64,000 nt of DNA from the NCBI GenBank assembly GCA_030390025.1, contig CM059434.1:122512001-122576000 (forward strand), read 5' to 3'. The notes under the pieces were generated by a model. The model saw nothing but the letters and a program-made list of their open reading frames with translations, did no database searches and was not told where the DNA came from. Origin of the DNA: Squalus acanthias (taxonomy: Eukaryota). Made by a program: the position numbers and the translations under genes. Shown piece after piece: positions 11,198 through 22,400 of the stretch; positions within the stretch are counted from its first letter, which is position 1, and every line of letters begins with the position of its first letter.

Positions 11198-11951
11198 GGG
11201 CTGGATATCCTGATCCCTACGGGTGTGTACGGGCTGTGTACACACCCGTAGGGACATCGGAAATGCCGGTTTTAGGCATGCCAAGCGCATGCGCTGAAAA
11301 CCGGCATTTCCGATCTGTCAAGAATGCTCTCGACAGATCGGACGCCTGCCCTAGAGAAGGGCCTCCGCTGGCGGATAGTTCCGCTTTCTGCAGAATCTCC
11401 GCCCGCAGAAAACCCTTAGAATTCTTACGCCTGGTAAAAGCAGGCGTAAGGCCTGCTTTTACCAGCATAAGATTTGAAAAAAATAAAATAAACATTTTTT
11501 CACTCATTTATATCATTTAAAAATACTTTTAAAAATAAGTTTATTTTTAGCCCTGTAAAAAAAACTTTCGTTTTTTCAAAATATTAAGTTTTTGTTTAAA
11601 ATATTTAATTTATTGTAATTTCAACTAATTTAAAAAATTTGATTTAAAAAAAATGTTATTTAATGTTTTGAAGTGTTTTTGGGGTGATCTCCATTCATAT
11701 ATTTGACAGGTCTATCTGTCAAGTGTATGAAGGGAGATTCCGTTCTTTGATTGGCTCCCCATGGTCCACGTGATCCCAGGGACGCTTGCGAACTGCCTGC
11801 GCCTCTGGGATACGTGGGCCCTGCGCATTTCGAGTTGGAGAGGCCCAGGAGCGGAAGTGTCCGGACCTCGGGAGCCCTCGGGTAAGTGCGTAGATTTTTC
11901 CAGATCGGAGGCCTCCGCACGCAGGAAGCCTCCGATCAGAAAATACGGGCC
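11198..11951. mobile_element. Non-autonomous DNA transposon (PIF/Harbinger-ISL2EU-like MITE) with internal hairpins
   Basis: AT|GGGCTGGATATCCTGATC ... GATCAGAAAATACGGGCC|AT imperfect TIRs; GC/CpG-rich ends, AT-rich core. Confidence 0.75.
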
Positions 11952-12019
11952 ATTATACACATTACAGTGCAGCGCAACAAATCTTTCATTTTTTTAAAAA
12001 AGGACAGAGTTGCTGCCGC

Positions 12020-12300
12020 AGTTTGTCACCAAAGGGTTAGTGTGCCGCTGAAACATGGGTAAGTTTTAAGCATCGCAAAGCTTGAGCATTAGCACCTGAT
12101 GAGGCGGTTTTCACACCTAAACAAAAGCTCTTGTCACAATGATTACCAAAAGTGTTTGAGCCCCAGCACCTGTTGAGGTATAAAAAGACTCTGAAACATC
12201 ATTGAACTGGTTACCAGATGATTTTCACACCTAGACAAAAACGCTTGTATAAAGAACTTAACATATTGATTGGCAAAGGGGCTTAAAGCATCGGCTTTAG
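12020..12300. promoter_or_regulatory. Candidate enhancer: duplicated T-box (TCACACCT) and CACCTG E-box motifs
   Basis: TCACACCT at 12111-12118 and 12225-12232, each followed by A(A/G)ACAAAA; CACCTG at 12093 and 12167 within AGCACCTG(A/T)TGAGG. Motif evidence only. Confidence 0.4.
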
Positions 12301-12794
12301 TGAGGCAGTACAGCACTTAAGTGAATAATCCAGATTTTTGCAATTCATTTAAATGTTATATTCATTTAACAGGGACAGCTATCATTGGAAAGGTAGAAAA
12401 AGGATTTGTGCATGGAGATCTTAAAATTGTTGTTCTTTATCAATTTATTCATTTAAGTGGACTTGAGTGTACCAGATTTTCCGGCTTGCAGCCATCTATT
12501 TGCCAACAAACATCTTGAGCAATTTGGTTCAGTCAGATAATTGTGGACACGCTTTGAAATAATTTGAGAAGTGGAAGCAAATAGTATTTAAAACTATTGT
12601 GGAGAAAGTTCCAGTGTCTTAAAACGCTAAATAACTTAAACACTTTATACTCTTTGTATTTCAATAGTCGAGTACCAAAAGTGAACGTGCCACATTAAGA
12701 AGACAGAAAGCATCGACCACGGGACAGATTGCTGTTTGTCTTGAGCTACCTGGATCACTGGTTTAAAAAAAAAATCTATTACGCATACAGCTGC

Positions 12795-12847
12795 TTGGCC
12801 AATCATGGCAGCAGAGAATGGAAAGTCGCTTGCAGTTGCTAAGCAAC
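12795..12847. promoter_or_regulatory. CCAAT box plus palindromic RFX X-box
   Basis: GGCCAATCA (CCAAT 12799-12803) and GTTGCTAAGCAAC (12835-12847). Motif evidence only. Confidence 0.4.
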
Positions 12848-13010
12848 AAGACAGTCATTGTCGAATTACAAATCTTTGTTGGGGCAGGTCATAGCTTATC
12901 TCATAGAAATGTTAATGATTTTGTCAAGTGAGAAAGTTTCGATCCACTTTTATGTGTGCAGGTGGTTTTCTCCAGCCAGGCTTCTGTTCTTTTCCAGTTG
13001 TTTAGTTAAA

Positions 13011-13201
13011 ACCGTGAGGCTGGGTCATTAAATACATTTAAGGTGGAGATAGACAGATTTTTGCAAGATAAAGGAATGAAGGGTTATGGGGAGCGGGCAG
13101 GGAAGTGGCTTTGAGCCCAAGATCAGCCATGATCTTATTGAATGGCGGAGCAGGCTCGAGGGGCCAAGTGGCCTATTCCTGCTCCTATTTCTTATGTTCT
13201 A
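13011..13201 (+). mobile_element. CR1 3' end
   Basis: Near-identical reverse complement of ~9926-10115. Confidence 0.9.
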
Positions 13202-13369
13202 ATATTCACGGGAATCAAGCCCATTTTTCTTCAATGGTGTGAATAGCCTATTTCTCAGTTGTCGTGGTGGAGGGTTACCATTTTACACTCTGGTTTACAG
13301 TAATTTAGGAATGCTGATATATACATACCTGCACACATCTGCCTGCATCATAAGCTGTTAGAATATAAC

Positions 13370-14402
13370 CTTTTTCAGGTTGGCAGGCTGTAACTAGTGG
13401 GGTGCCGCAAGGATCAGCTTTGAGGCCTCAGCTATTTACAATCTATATTAATGACCTAGATGAAGAGACTGAGTGTAATGTATCCAGGTTTGCTGATGAT
13501 ACAAAGCTAGGTGGGACAGTAAGCTGTGAGGAGAACACAAGGAGTCTGCAAAGGGATATAGATAGACTGAGTGGGCAGTAAGGTGGCAGATGGAGTATTA
13601 TGTAGGGAAATGTGAGGTTATTCACTTTGGTAGGAAGAATTGAAAAACAGAATTTTTTTTAAATGGTGAGAAACTTTCAAATGTTTGTGTTCAGAGAGAT
13701 TTGGGTGTCCTCGTGCAAGCAACACAGAAAGCTAGCATGCAGGTACAGCAAGCAATAAGGAAGGCAAATGGCATGTTGGCCTTTATTGCAAAGGGGTTGG
13801 AGTATAAGAGTAAGGAAGTCTTGCTACAATTGTACAGGGCCTTGGTGAGAGCTCACCTGGAGTACTGTGCACAGTTTTGGTCTCCTTACCTAAGGAAGGA
13901 TATACTTGCCTTGGAGGTGGTGCAACAAAGGTTCACTGGATTGATTCCTGGGATGAGAGGGCTGTCCTATGATGAGAGATTGTGTAGAATAGGCCTATAC
14001 TCTCTGGAGTTTAGAAGAATGAGAGACGATCTCATTGAAACATACAAGATTCTGAAGGGGATTGACCGGGTAGATGCTGAGAGGTTGTTTTCCCTGGCTG
14101 GAGTGTCTAGAACTAGGGGGCCATAGTCTCAGGATAAGGGGTCGGCCATTTAAGACTGAGATGAGGAGGAATTTCTTCACTCAGAGGGTTGCGAATCTTT
14201 GGAATTCTCTGCCCCAGAGGGCTGTGAATGCTGAGTCTTTGAGTATATTCAAGGCTGAGATAGATAGATTTTTGGACTCTTGGGGAATCGAGGGATATGG
14301 AGATCGGATGGGAAAGTGGAGTTGAGGTCGATGATCAGCCATGATCTTATTGAATGGTGGAGCAGGCTCGAGGGGCCATATGGCCTACTCCTGTTCTTAT
14401 AT
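13370..14402 (+). mobile_element. CR1 LINE, RT C-terminal half plus 3' UTR, frameshifted
   Basis: GGGGTGCCGCAAGGATCAG...ATTAATGACCTAGAT...TTTGCTGATGAT (GVPQGS, INDLD, FADD); ORFs 13701-14126 and 14074-14325. Confidence 0.95.
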
Positions 14403-14469
14403 TAGTAGTTTTCTCCCACTGTGTATTGGGTATTAAAGAAGTAGCCACTCAATTGAGCACAAAAATCTA

Positions 14470-14928
14470 GGCTCAGTGGGTAGAACTCTCGCCTCTGAGT
14501 CAGAAGGTTGTGGGTTCAAGTCCCACTCCAGAGACTTGAACATAAAAATCTAGCCTGACACTCCCATGTAGTACTGAGAGAGCTGCACTGTCGGAGGTGC
14601 TGTCTTTCGGATGAGACGTTCAACCGAGGCCCTGTCTGCTCTCTCCAGTTGACGTAAAAGATCCCATGGCACTATTTTGAACAAGAGCAGGGGAGTTATC
14701 CCCGGTGTCCTGGCCAATATTTATCCCTCAATCAACATCACTAGAAAAAAACCGATTATCTGGTCATTGTCACATTTCTGTTTGTGGGAGCTTGCTGTGT
14801 GCAAATTGGCTGCTGCGTTTCCTACATTACAACAGTGACTACATTTCAAAAGTACTTCATTGGCTGTAAAGCGCTTTGGGATGTCTGAGGTCATGAAAGG
14901 CGCTATAGAAATGCAAGTCTTTCTTTTC
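14470..14928 (+). mobile_element. Deu-domain SINE (SacSINE1/AmnSINE1-like), near full length
   Basis: tRNA-like head (GGCTCAGTGGG...GGTTCAAGTCCC), Deu core GTAAAAGATCCCATGGCACTATTTTGAA, L2-type tail AAAGGCGCTATAGAAATGCAAGTC. Confidence 0.92.
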
Positions 14929-16364
14929 TGTTTGACCTTTTTATTCTTCCATTCCTATTTTTTTTAATAGTATTGACTCTGAACTGGTGGGGCAAAGAAA
15001 ATGCTCGGTTAAACAGAAAATGACAAGAGAGAAGCACAGTGGAACCTACATTCTCCACACTACAGTTAGATTAGCCTCTGGAAGATTTGAGGAACAAAGA
15101 GTCATTGCCTCAGTGCACAATCCACTGACGTCAGTCTCCTCCTGTCTGACATAAATCAACGCCACAAATTCATTGTGGTATTTATATTGTGCTTTTCTTG
15201 ACCCCCATGCCTAGGGCATTGCTGTACAGTATGTGTATCCCCAGAATCTGGGGACTGACCATCTGCCTCTTTCCATTCTTCAATGGTGGGTAATCGTCGA
15301 TTATGGCACAATAGGGAAGTTTTCACCTAATGTTCATACAGCTCTTATGATTTCTGGCTATTGGATTTCACGAGTATGTTTACATTGTTAAACTAAGTGG
15401 AGAAATATTGCCAGAAAAGGGTCAGGACCACAACTGAACAAATAGTTACAAACGCTAAATGGTTAAGTACTGACTTCAATTTCAACTACATGAAAAAAAA
15501 TTCAGTGTTTGCTTTGTGCATGCTTTAAATGAGGTATACAGATGGAAAGTTGCTGCCTCTGCGAAACACATTACTACAATGGAAAATGCTGTCGGTAAGC
15601 TCCAGTCAAAGTTGCCTTCCTTTCTTGCTGAGTATTGAGGTTTCAGTTTAGGTTTGTGGGTAACTTTCAGACTTAATGGTAAGGTTTCCACAAAGTCTAA
15701 ACACTGATTTGGATTCTAACCGAACAACTGGGTGTCAATATCTATACCTCTGTTGGGGAAGAATGTCAATTTTTAATCGGTACCAACGGTGGTTGATATT
15801 ACAAATCTAGTCGTCATGTAGTCGAGGTACCTCTTTTAGACTTGTGCTTGTAAAAACTGACAGGAAATGAAACGTGTACAACTTGTACATAAGTAGTGAG
15901 CCCAGTGATTGTAATACTCATCAAAAAGGATTAGGAACTGAGGAATAAAATTAGTTACCTGATCACTTTCATTGCCTGATAAACCCAGTAAGGTTTCACT
16001 TGACATGCATCAAGTGTTTGTGATCTGATTGTTTTGATAAGGAGCAAAGATGAAGCTTGGGTGGCATGACTGGTGTACATCCAAATTAACAGACCTCTGC
16101 ATTGCTTCTGTTAAGTTCCTTTGAATATTTTTGGCTGTTTTCCTTGCTGGTAGACACTGAAAGATCTTTTTTTTTCTGGGGAGGCGTGAGAGGAAAATGA
16201 GGAATACTATTTTTAAGTGGGCAGTCCTGATATTTCACAAGCAATTGTCTTGAATGAATTTGAAGTCATTCCATTTGTGAAATCATTTTTTTAAAGATAT
16301 GTTTTAGGGTTTTTCGCATCCAGTAAATATTCAGGAAATTCCTTAATTCTAGAAGGTTATACTG

Positions 16365-16465
16365 ATGGGGTTCGATGAAGAGGGGTGGGAGGAGGCTCGT
16401 CTGGAGCATAAACACTGACATGGACCAGTTGGGCCTGTTACTGTGCTGTACTTTCTATGTAATTA
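16365..16465 (+). mobile_element. CR1 3' UTR fragment
   Basis: GGGTGGGAGGAGGCTCGTCTGGAGCATAAACACTGACATGGACC matches the 3' UTR at 7750 in opposite orientation. Confidence 0.75.
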
Positions 16466-17647
16466 ATGTCCTCATGATTTGTGTGTCTGACCTCACTAGA
16501 AAATATTCTCACAGTTACAGCATTCTTGTGTGTTTGAGACTATTTATGTGGAAGTAATATGGAAAATGGTCTTGAGTTTGGTCTGTTACTGATGCATAAT
16601 GTCATTAACGAGCATACCTGGATCTTTGAGGCCCCCAAATTGCTGGTATTCCATTTTCTGTTTTCTTTCTGTCCGTGACTGCCACACACACACACCTTGC
16701 ATTCCGTGGAGTAGAAATTAACACCCACTTTGCCCTAAGTAAGAACTGTATTTTCAGAGTACTTAACTTAAATGCCTCCCTGTTTAGTAACCACTTGTCT
16801 TAAGTGCCCACTTTCATCAGTCCATAAAATGACCACTTAATAGCACTTTACAATAGAAGTAATATCCACCTATTTGTTCTGAGCTGACGGTGGCTTTCCA
16901 ATCAGTAATACGTCTGCTCCGGTATTGTTTCCAGTCCTTTCATTTGCCAGAATTATATCACCATACAATACATATCGTTTCGCAGCAATTAATTATGCAA
17001 TATTGTGAAACAAAAGAAGAAATGTCCTGTTTCAAACTATTTGCTTTGCATGAATGCTTAATTAAATTGCCACAGAGTTATGTATAAAACTTTTCAGATG
17101 TAATACCGAAATGAAATTGGAGTTGTAATGCTGCTCCCAGTGATTAGAAATCTCCACCTTAAGTAGTCTTAGAAGCACTGAAACAACCACCTGTCTAGCG
17201 GAGGGTTTGGAGGCAAATCCCTTTAGCTGCTTCAACTAATAAAGGGTTCAGAATGTACATACGCATGAATGGCTCATGTTGATTAATCTTTGCGCTTTCA
17301 AGTTTTTTTCCGCACAGGTACTCAGTGCATGTCATTGTTTAACTGAACTTTTTTAATGGCCGGCAGCTCAAATCAGAAATTTACAACTCCCTTAATGAAC
17401 CATAGCCTTTTTGAAGATTAAAATTCAATTTTATTTTTAAAATGCACAGCACCTAAACAGGGTAATAAACATTCCAGCCATGGTGCTCTTGATGTCTTTA
17501 CAAGTTGATTTTCGAGATGTTGGTCTTTTGAAGATAATGACCGGTGCAACTTGATGTTATTTATTATTTCCATGTAAGCCATGCTTTGACAGATACGTTT
17601 GGTAGAATCTGCTTCATATCCGAGACTTGTGTGTTTATACTGGAGAA

Positions 17648-17742
17648 TTACATAGCATTTACAGCAAAAGAACAGGCTATTCGGCCCACCTGGTCTCCGC
17701 CGGTGTTTATGCTCCATCAGCCTACTCCCACCCTACTTCAAT
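17648..17742 (-). mobile_element. CR1 3' UTR fragment
   Basis: TTTACAGCAAAAGAACAGGCTATTCGGCCC...CCGGTGTTTATGCTCCA, same family as 7750. Confidence 0.8.
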
Positions 17743-17746
17743 TCAT

Positions 17747-18182
17747 TGTCAGCTGTGGCTCAGTGGGTAGCACCCTTGTTTCTGAGTCAAAAAGTTGTGG
17801 GTTCAAGTCCCACTCCAGAGACTTGAGCACAGAAAACTAGGCTGATACTCCAGTGCAGTGCTGAGGGAGTGCTGCACTGTCGGAGGTGCCGCTAAACCGT
17901 CTGCTCTCTCAGGTGGACATAAAAGATCCCATGGCACTATTTTGAAGAAGAGCAGGGGAGTTATCCCCAGTGTCCCGGTCAATATTTATCCCTCAATCAA
18001 CATCACTAAAACAGATTATCTGGTCGTTCTTACGTTGCTGTTTGTGGGAGCTTGCTGTGGCTGCCACGTTTCCTACATTACAACAGTGACTACACTTCAA
18101 AAGTACTTAATATGGTTGTAAAGTGCTTTAGGACGTCCGATGGACGTGAAAGGCGCTATATAAATGCAAGTCTTTCTTCTTT
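17747..18182 (+). mobile_element. Deu-domain SINE
   Basis: Collinear with 14470-14928. Confidence 0.92.
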
Positions 18183-19274
18183 CATTCCTCACACAGCCAG
18201 GGTACCCACCAGTGGCTCCTGTGCAGTCATCTCTTTCCTGGGTGACATGGCGTGCAGTCGCAACTTCTCAGCATCTTTTTTATCCACTTCATCCAACTCG
18301 TCGTCTGTCCTCAAACAGGTGAACTATGACGGCACGCAGAACGGATCCCATGAGCAGCATGTAATATCGATTGTTTCATTGACTCTGATTTCCCAAGTGT
18401 CGTGCAACTAGTTACCAATGGTGACTTTTAGTTTGGGCAGGTTAGTGGTATCTTCGAAGAGGAGGGGGAGTTGTTTATTGTGGCATGTTGCACTATTGGT
18501 CTGTACAAGTTAGAACTCTTTCTGAAGTCTTTCCTAGCAGCAAAAAATGAAGAGAAACTGTTGCTGCTGCTTCAGCAATTGTGAAGGAGAGAGAATAACA
18601 GCAGAGCAAGTTACTTTTTTTTTACCCTACTAATAACACCTCAGAGGGAGAAGAAAAGGAAGGAATAGAGAGATGGGTGAACCAGTGATTTGTTTTGGGG
18701 AGAGCAGCCAGTGCTCTAACTACAGTGGTGCTTCCTTGCTATTATGTTCTGCACTTTTGTCTTGTATCCTGTTAGCCGTTTGATCGTTTTTTTTGCACCT
18801 GCCCAAATAACAATCTGAAAATGGAATTATTCCTCAATTATTTTGGTCAGTAATGTTTTAAAGTTCCTTAGTGGTTGGCTGGAGTGGTCTGCATTTATGT
18901 GATGGTGGTCTTTGGTTTGGCTACATGTAAAGATCAAGTGCATTTCACAAAATTAAATGGCGTTGGAATATTATGTCATATGGTTAAAAATATCTTTTTC
19001 AGCTCTTTTTTTACTGGACGATACTGTAGTCAATTGGTTTTATGTATCTGGGATCTAAATTGGTGGGAATAGCATGACTTTTAGGGTTCTTAAATTGTAA
19101 ATCATTGAACCCAAGGGGGTCCTTTTCAATGTGCTTCATATATATTTAGTCCAAGACAGCCCTTGGATGCAATGATCAGGGCATCTGAAAGGATTATTGA
19201 TGGTATTGCTTTTTATGAAAGCTGCTTGTTCAGTGATGCTACTGTGCTTATTGCTTTTTGATCACACTAATAGG

Positions 19275-19340
19275 ATAATAGGAGTAGGCCATTCAGCCAC
19301 TCGAGCCAGTCTGCCATTCATTGGGATCATGGCTGATGTG
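19275..19340 (-). mobile_element. Short CR1 3' UTR fragment
   Basis: AGGAGTAGGCCATTCAGCCACTCGAGCC...GATCATGGCTGAT. Confidence 0.7.
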
Positions 19341-20115
19341 TATAAATTAGGCAATGTAGTTTTAACGTAAAACGCTTCACTTTGCTTTTCAATCAAATGT
19401 TAGCAAAGAATGCAAAACTAAATTCTAACTAAGGAATAAAAAGATACACCAGTGTAAAATTACACAGATTTATTAAACAACCAATTTGTCAGGGAGCATT
19501 TTTAAACTTCGTGGTCACCTGGTTACTTAAGGGATTATTATGGAATTTGTTGGCAAATTGGTTTCCAAAATGTGACATGCATTAAAATAATTTCCACTTA
19601 ACTTATTGAATGAAACCAAAGATGAATAAGTGAGTGCTATAACTGCTTTAGGCTCAGTCAACTTTGCAGCTGGCAGTCTGTTGCTTGGCAGCTTGCCAGT
19701 GGAGTCATGTACAGTCATTGACTTGGCTGAGTGCCAAAGGCTCTGGTCTGAGGTTGTTCCCAGTACTAGGGTTGGATTTAAGTTTGGAAGTATTATAATA
19801 CAGTATATTGTTTTGTGGTGATGCTAAGATTCAGAATTTAGTCCAAGAACAACCGGGGCTAATGTTTGAATAATGCCAAAGGTTAGAAATGTTGCTCAGT
19901 TTCTGTCTGCTTACCGAGCTCACGAGTACAACACAGTGCTTATTTTAAGCACAGAAATGTATGAGGAATGCACGTATGGTATTCTGATGAACACATTTTG
20001 ACTTCTTATTTAAAGAGAATGATTTTATAGTCCGGAAATCCAGCTAAACTTTCAGTACCTGCTGTGTGCAGCTAGTCACAAGAATTTAGAAAGTGATAAA
20101 CAAAATCTCTTCAGA

Positions 20116-20571
20116 GAAAGAAAGACTTGCATTTCTGTAGCGCCTTTCACAACCACCGGACGTCCCAAAGCACTTTACAGCCAACGAAGTACTTTTGAAG
20201 TGTAGTCACTGTTGTCATGTAGGAAACGTGGCAGCCAGTAAGCTCCCACAGACAGCAATGTGATAATGACCAGATAATCTGTTTTAGTGATGTTGATTGA
20301 GGGATAAATATTGTCCAGGACACCAGGGATAACTCCCCTGCTCTTCTTCGAAATAGTGCCATGGGATCTTTTACCTCCACCTGAGAGAGCAGACGGGGAC
20401 TTGGTTTAACGTTTAATCCGAAAGATGGCACCTGCGACAGTGCGGCGCTCCCTCAGTACTGCACTGTAGTGTCAGCCTAGATTTTTGTGCTCATGTCCCT
20501 GGAGTGGGACTTGAACCCACAACCTTTTGACTCAGAGGCGAGGGTGCTGCCCACTGAGCCACGGCTGACAC
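20116..20571 (-). mobile_element. Deu-domain SINE, near full length
   Basis: Reverse complement of the 14470 and 17747 family. Confidence 0.92.
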
Positions 20572-20749
20572 TGAACTATCAAAAATGAACTATCAAAGAG
20601 AACACAGGCATTTCTGCTATAGGACTCGCCTATCTTGAATCCATAGGAATTGAAGGTTAATAACAAATAAAGTTATCAACTACTTTGGAAAGAGCGCCAG
20701 CCCCTTCATCAACGACATCCTGAACAGCAGGATATGGAGAAATGAACGG

Positions 20750-20955
20750 ACATTGGTAATGGGGGAAAGCTCTGAAGGATGTCTGGGTAGAAGTCTCAGT
20801 TTGTGCTGCAGGATTGTGAAGGGCAAGTTTAGGACAGACATTAGGAAGTACTTCACACAGAGGGCGATCAGCAGTTGGAATCAGTTGCTGGCAAGGATTG
20901 TTGAGGCTAGGACACTGGATTCATTTAAGAGACAGCTAGATGCTTTAATGGGATA
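20750..20955 (+). mobile_element. Old CR1 ORF2 C-terminal fragment
   Basis: ORF 20753-20956 KGKFRTDIRKYFTQRAISSWNQL...LDSFKRQLD. Confidence 0.75.
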
Positions 20956-21139
20956 GAGAGAGGATCCGTATTCTGGAAGGTTGAGAAAAAGTGTACTGAA
21001 GAAAAAGCCACCTTCATCTGAACCTATAATATGATCAGACTGAACACAATTGCACAAATTCCTCAATGCACAAATTCCTGAGATGAAGAGGGAAGAAAAG
21101 AAGAAAGCAAAGGTCTTTTCAGGGAACTTCCAGTGTAAA

Positions 21140-22140
21140 AGTGGAGAGTATTCCATCACACTCCTGACTTGTGCCTTGTAGATGGTGGAAAGGCTTTGGG
21201 GAGTCAGGAGGTGAGACACTCACTGCAGAATACCCAGCCTCTGACCTGCTCTTGTTGCCCCAGTATTTATGTGGCTGGTCCAGTTAAGTTTCTGGTCAAT
21301 GGTGACCTCCAGGATATTGATGGTAGGGTATTCGGCGATGGTAATGCCGTTGAATGTGAAGGAGCGGTGGTTAGATGCTCGCTTTTTGGAGATAGTCATT
21401 GCCTGGCACTTGTGTGGCTCGAATGTTACCTGCCACTTATCAGCCCAAACCTGAATGATGTCCACGTCTTGCTGCATGCGGGCATGGACTGCTTCATTAT
21501 TTGAGGAGTTGCGAATGGCACTGAACACTGCAGTCATCAGCGAACATCCCCACTTCTGACCTTATGATGGAAGGAAGGTCATTGGCGAAGCAGCTGAAGA
21601 TGGTTGGGCCTAGGACACTGCCCTGAGGAACTCCTGTAGCGATGTCCTGGGGCTGTGATGATTGATCTCCAACCACCACAACCATCTTCCTTTGTGCTAG
21701 GTATGACTCCAGCCAGTGGAGAGTTTTCCCCCCGATTCCCATTGACTTCAGTTTTACTAGGGCTCCTTGATGCCACACTCAGTCAAATGCTACCTTGATG
21801 TCAAGGGCAGTCACACTCACCTCTGGAATTCAGCTCCTTTGTCCATGTTTGGACCAAGGCTGTAATGAGGTCTGGAGCCGAGTGGTCCTGGCGGAACCCA
21901 AACTGAGCATCAGTGAGCAGGCTATTGGTGAGTAAAAGCGGCTTGACAGCACTGTCGATGACACCTTCCATAACTTTGCTGATGATTGAGAGTAGACTGA
22001 TGGGGTGGTAATTGGCCGGATTGGATTTGTCCTTTTTGTGGACAGGTCATACCTGGGCAGTTTTCCACATTATCGGATAGATGCCAGTGTTATAGCTGTA
22101 TTGGAAAAGCTTGGCTAGAGACGCGGCTAGTTCTGGAGCT
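21140..22140 (-). mobile_element. CR1/Jockey-group LINE internal RT fragment (second LINE family)
   Basis: WHQGALVKLKSMGI...WLESYL...GVPQGSVLGPTIFSCFANDLP...MFADDC; QVWADKWQVTF; IYKAQVRSVMEYSPL. Confidence 0.92.
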
Positions 22141-22239
22141 TGAATGGTGAACAAAAGAAGTACACTTGATATATTCTTATTTTCAGAATTCTTTTGACAA
22201 AGTTGCATGTCCCAATTAATGACTAAGGAATCTAGTCAC

Positions 22240-22400
22240 AAAATACGGGTGTAGTATGGTGTTGGGTAAATATTGGGGTTCAATAAAGGAATCTCAGATC
22301 GACCATAAAAGGATGCTTTTCAGGATGAAAAATTACCAACGACATTCCCCATGGTGTTGGTCTTTGGATCATTGCTATTTTTAATGTGTAGTATATTTTT
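22240..22400 (+). mobile_element. Highly decayed CR1-like RT remnant
   Basis: Decayed GIP.G.VLG..LF...INDL-like stretch (GACATTCCCCATGGT...ATTAATGACTTA). Confidence 0.35.

Noticed and set aside
11176-11997. Several overlapping ORFs of 78-114 aa
   Set aside because: By-products of the GC-rich palindromic MITE ends; no transposase motifs.
12096-12130. CTGATGAG as a hammerhead core
   Set aside because: No stem II or GAAA box follows.
14470-14530. tRNA or 5S-like gene
   Set aside because: A/B-box-like head belongs to the SINE; no cloverleaf evident.
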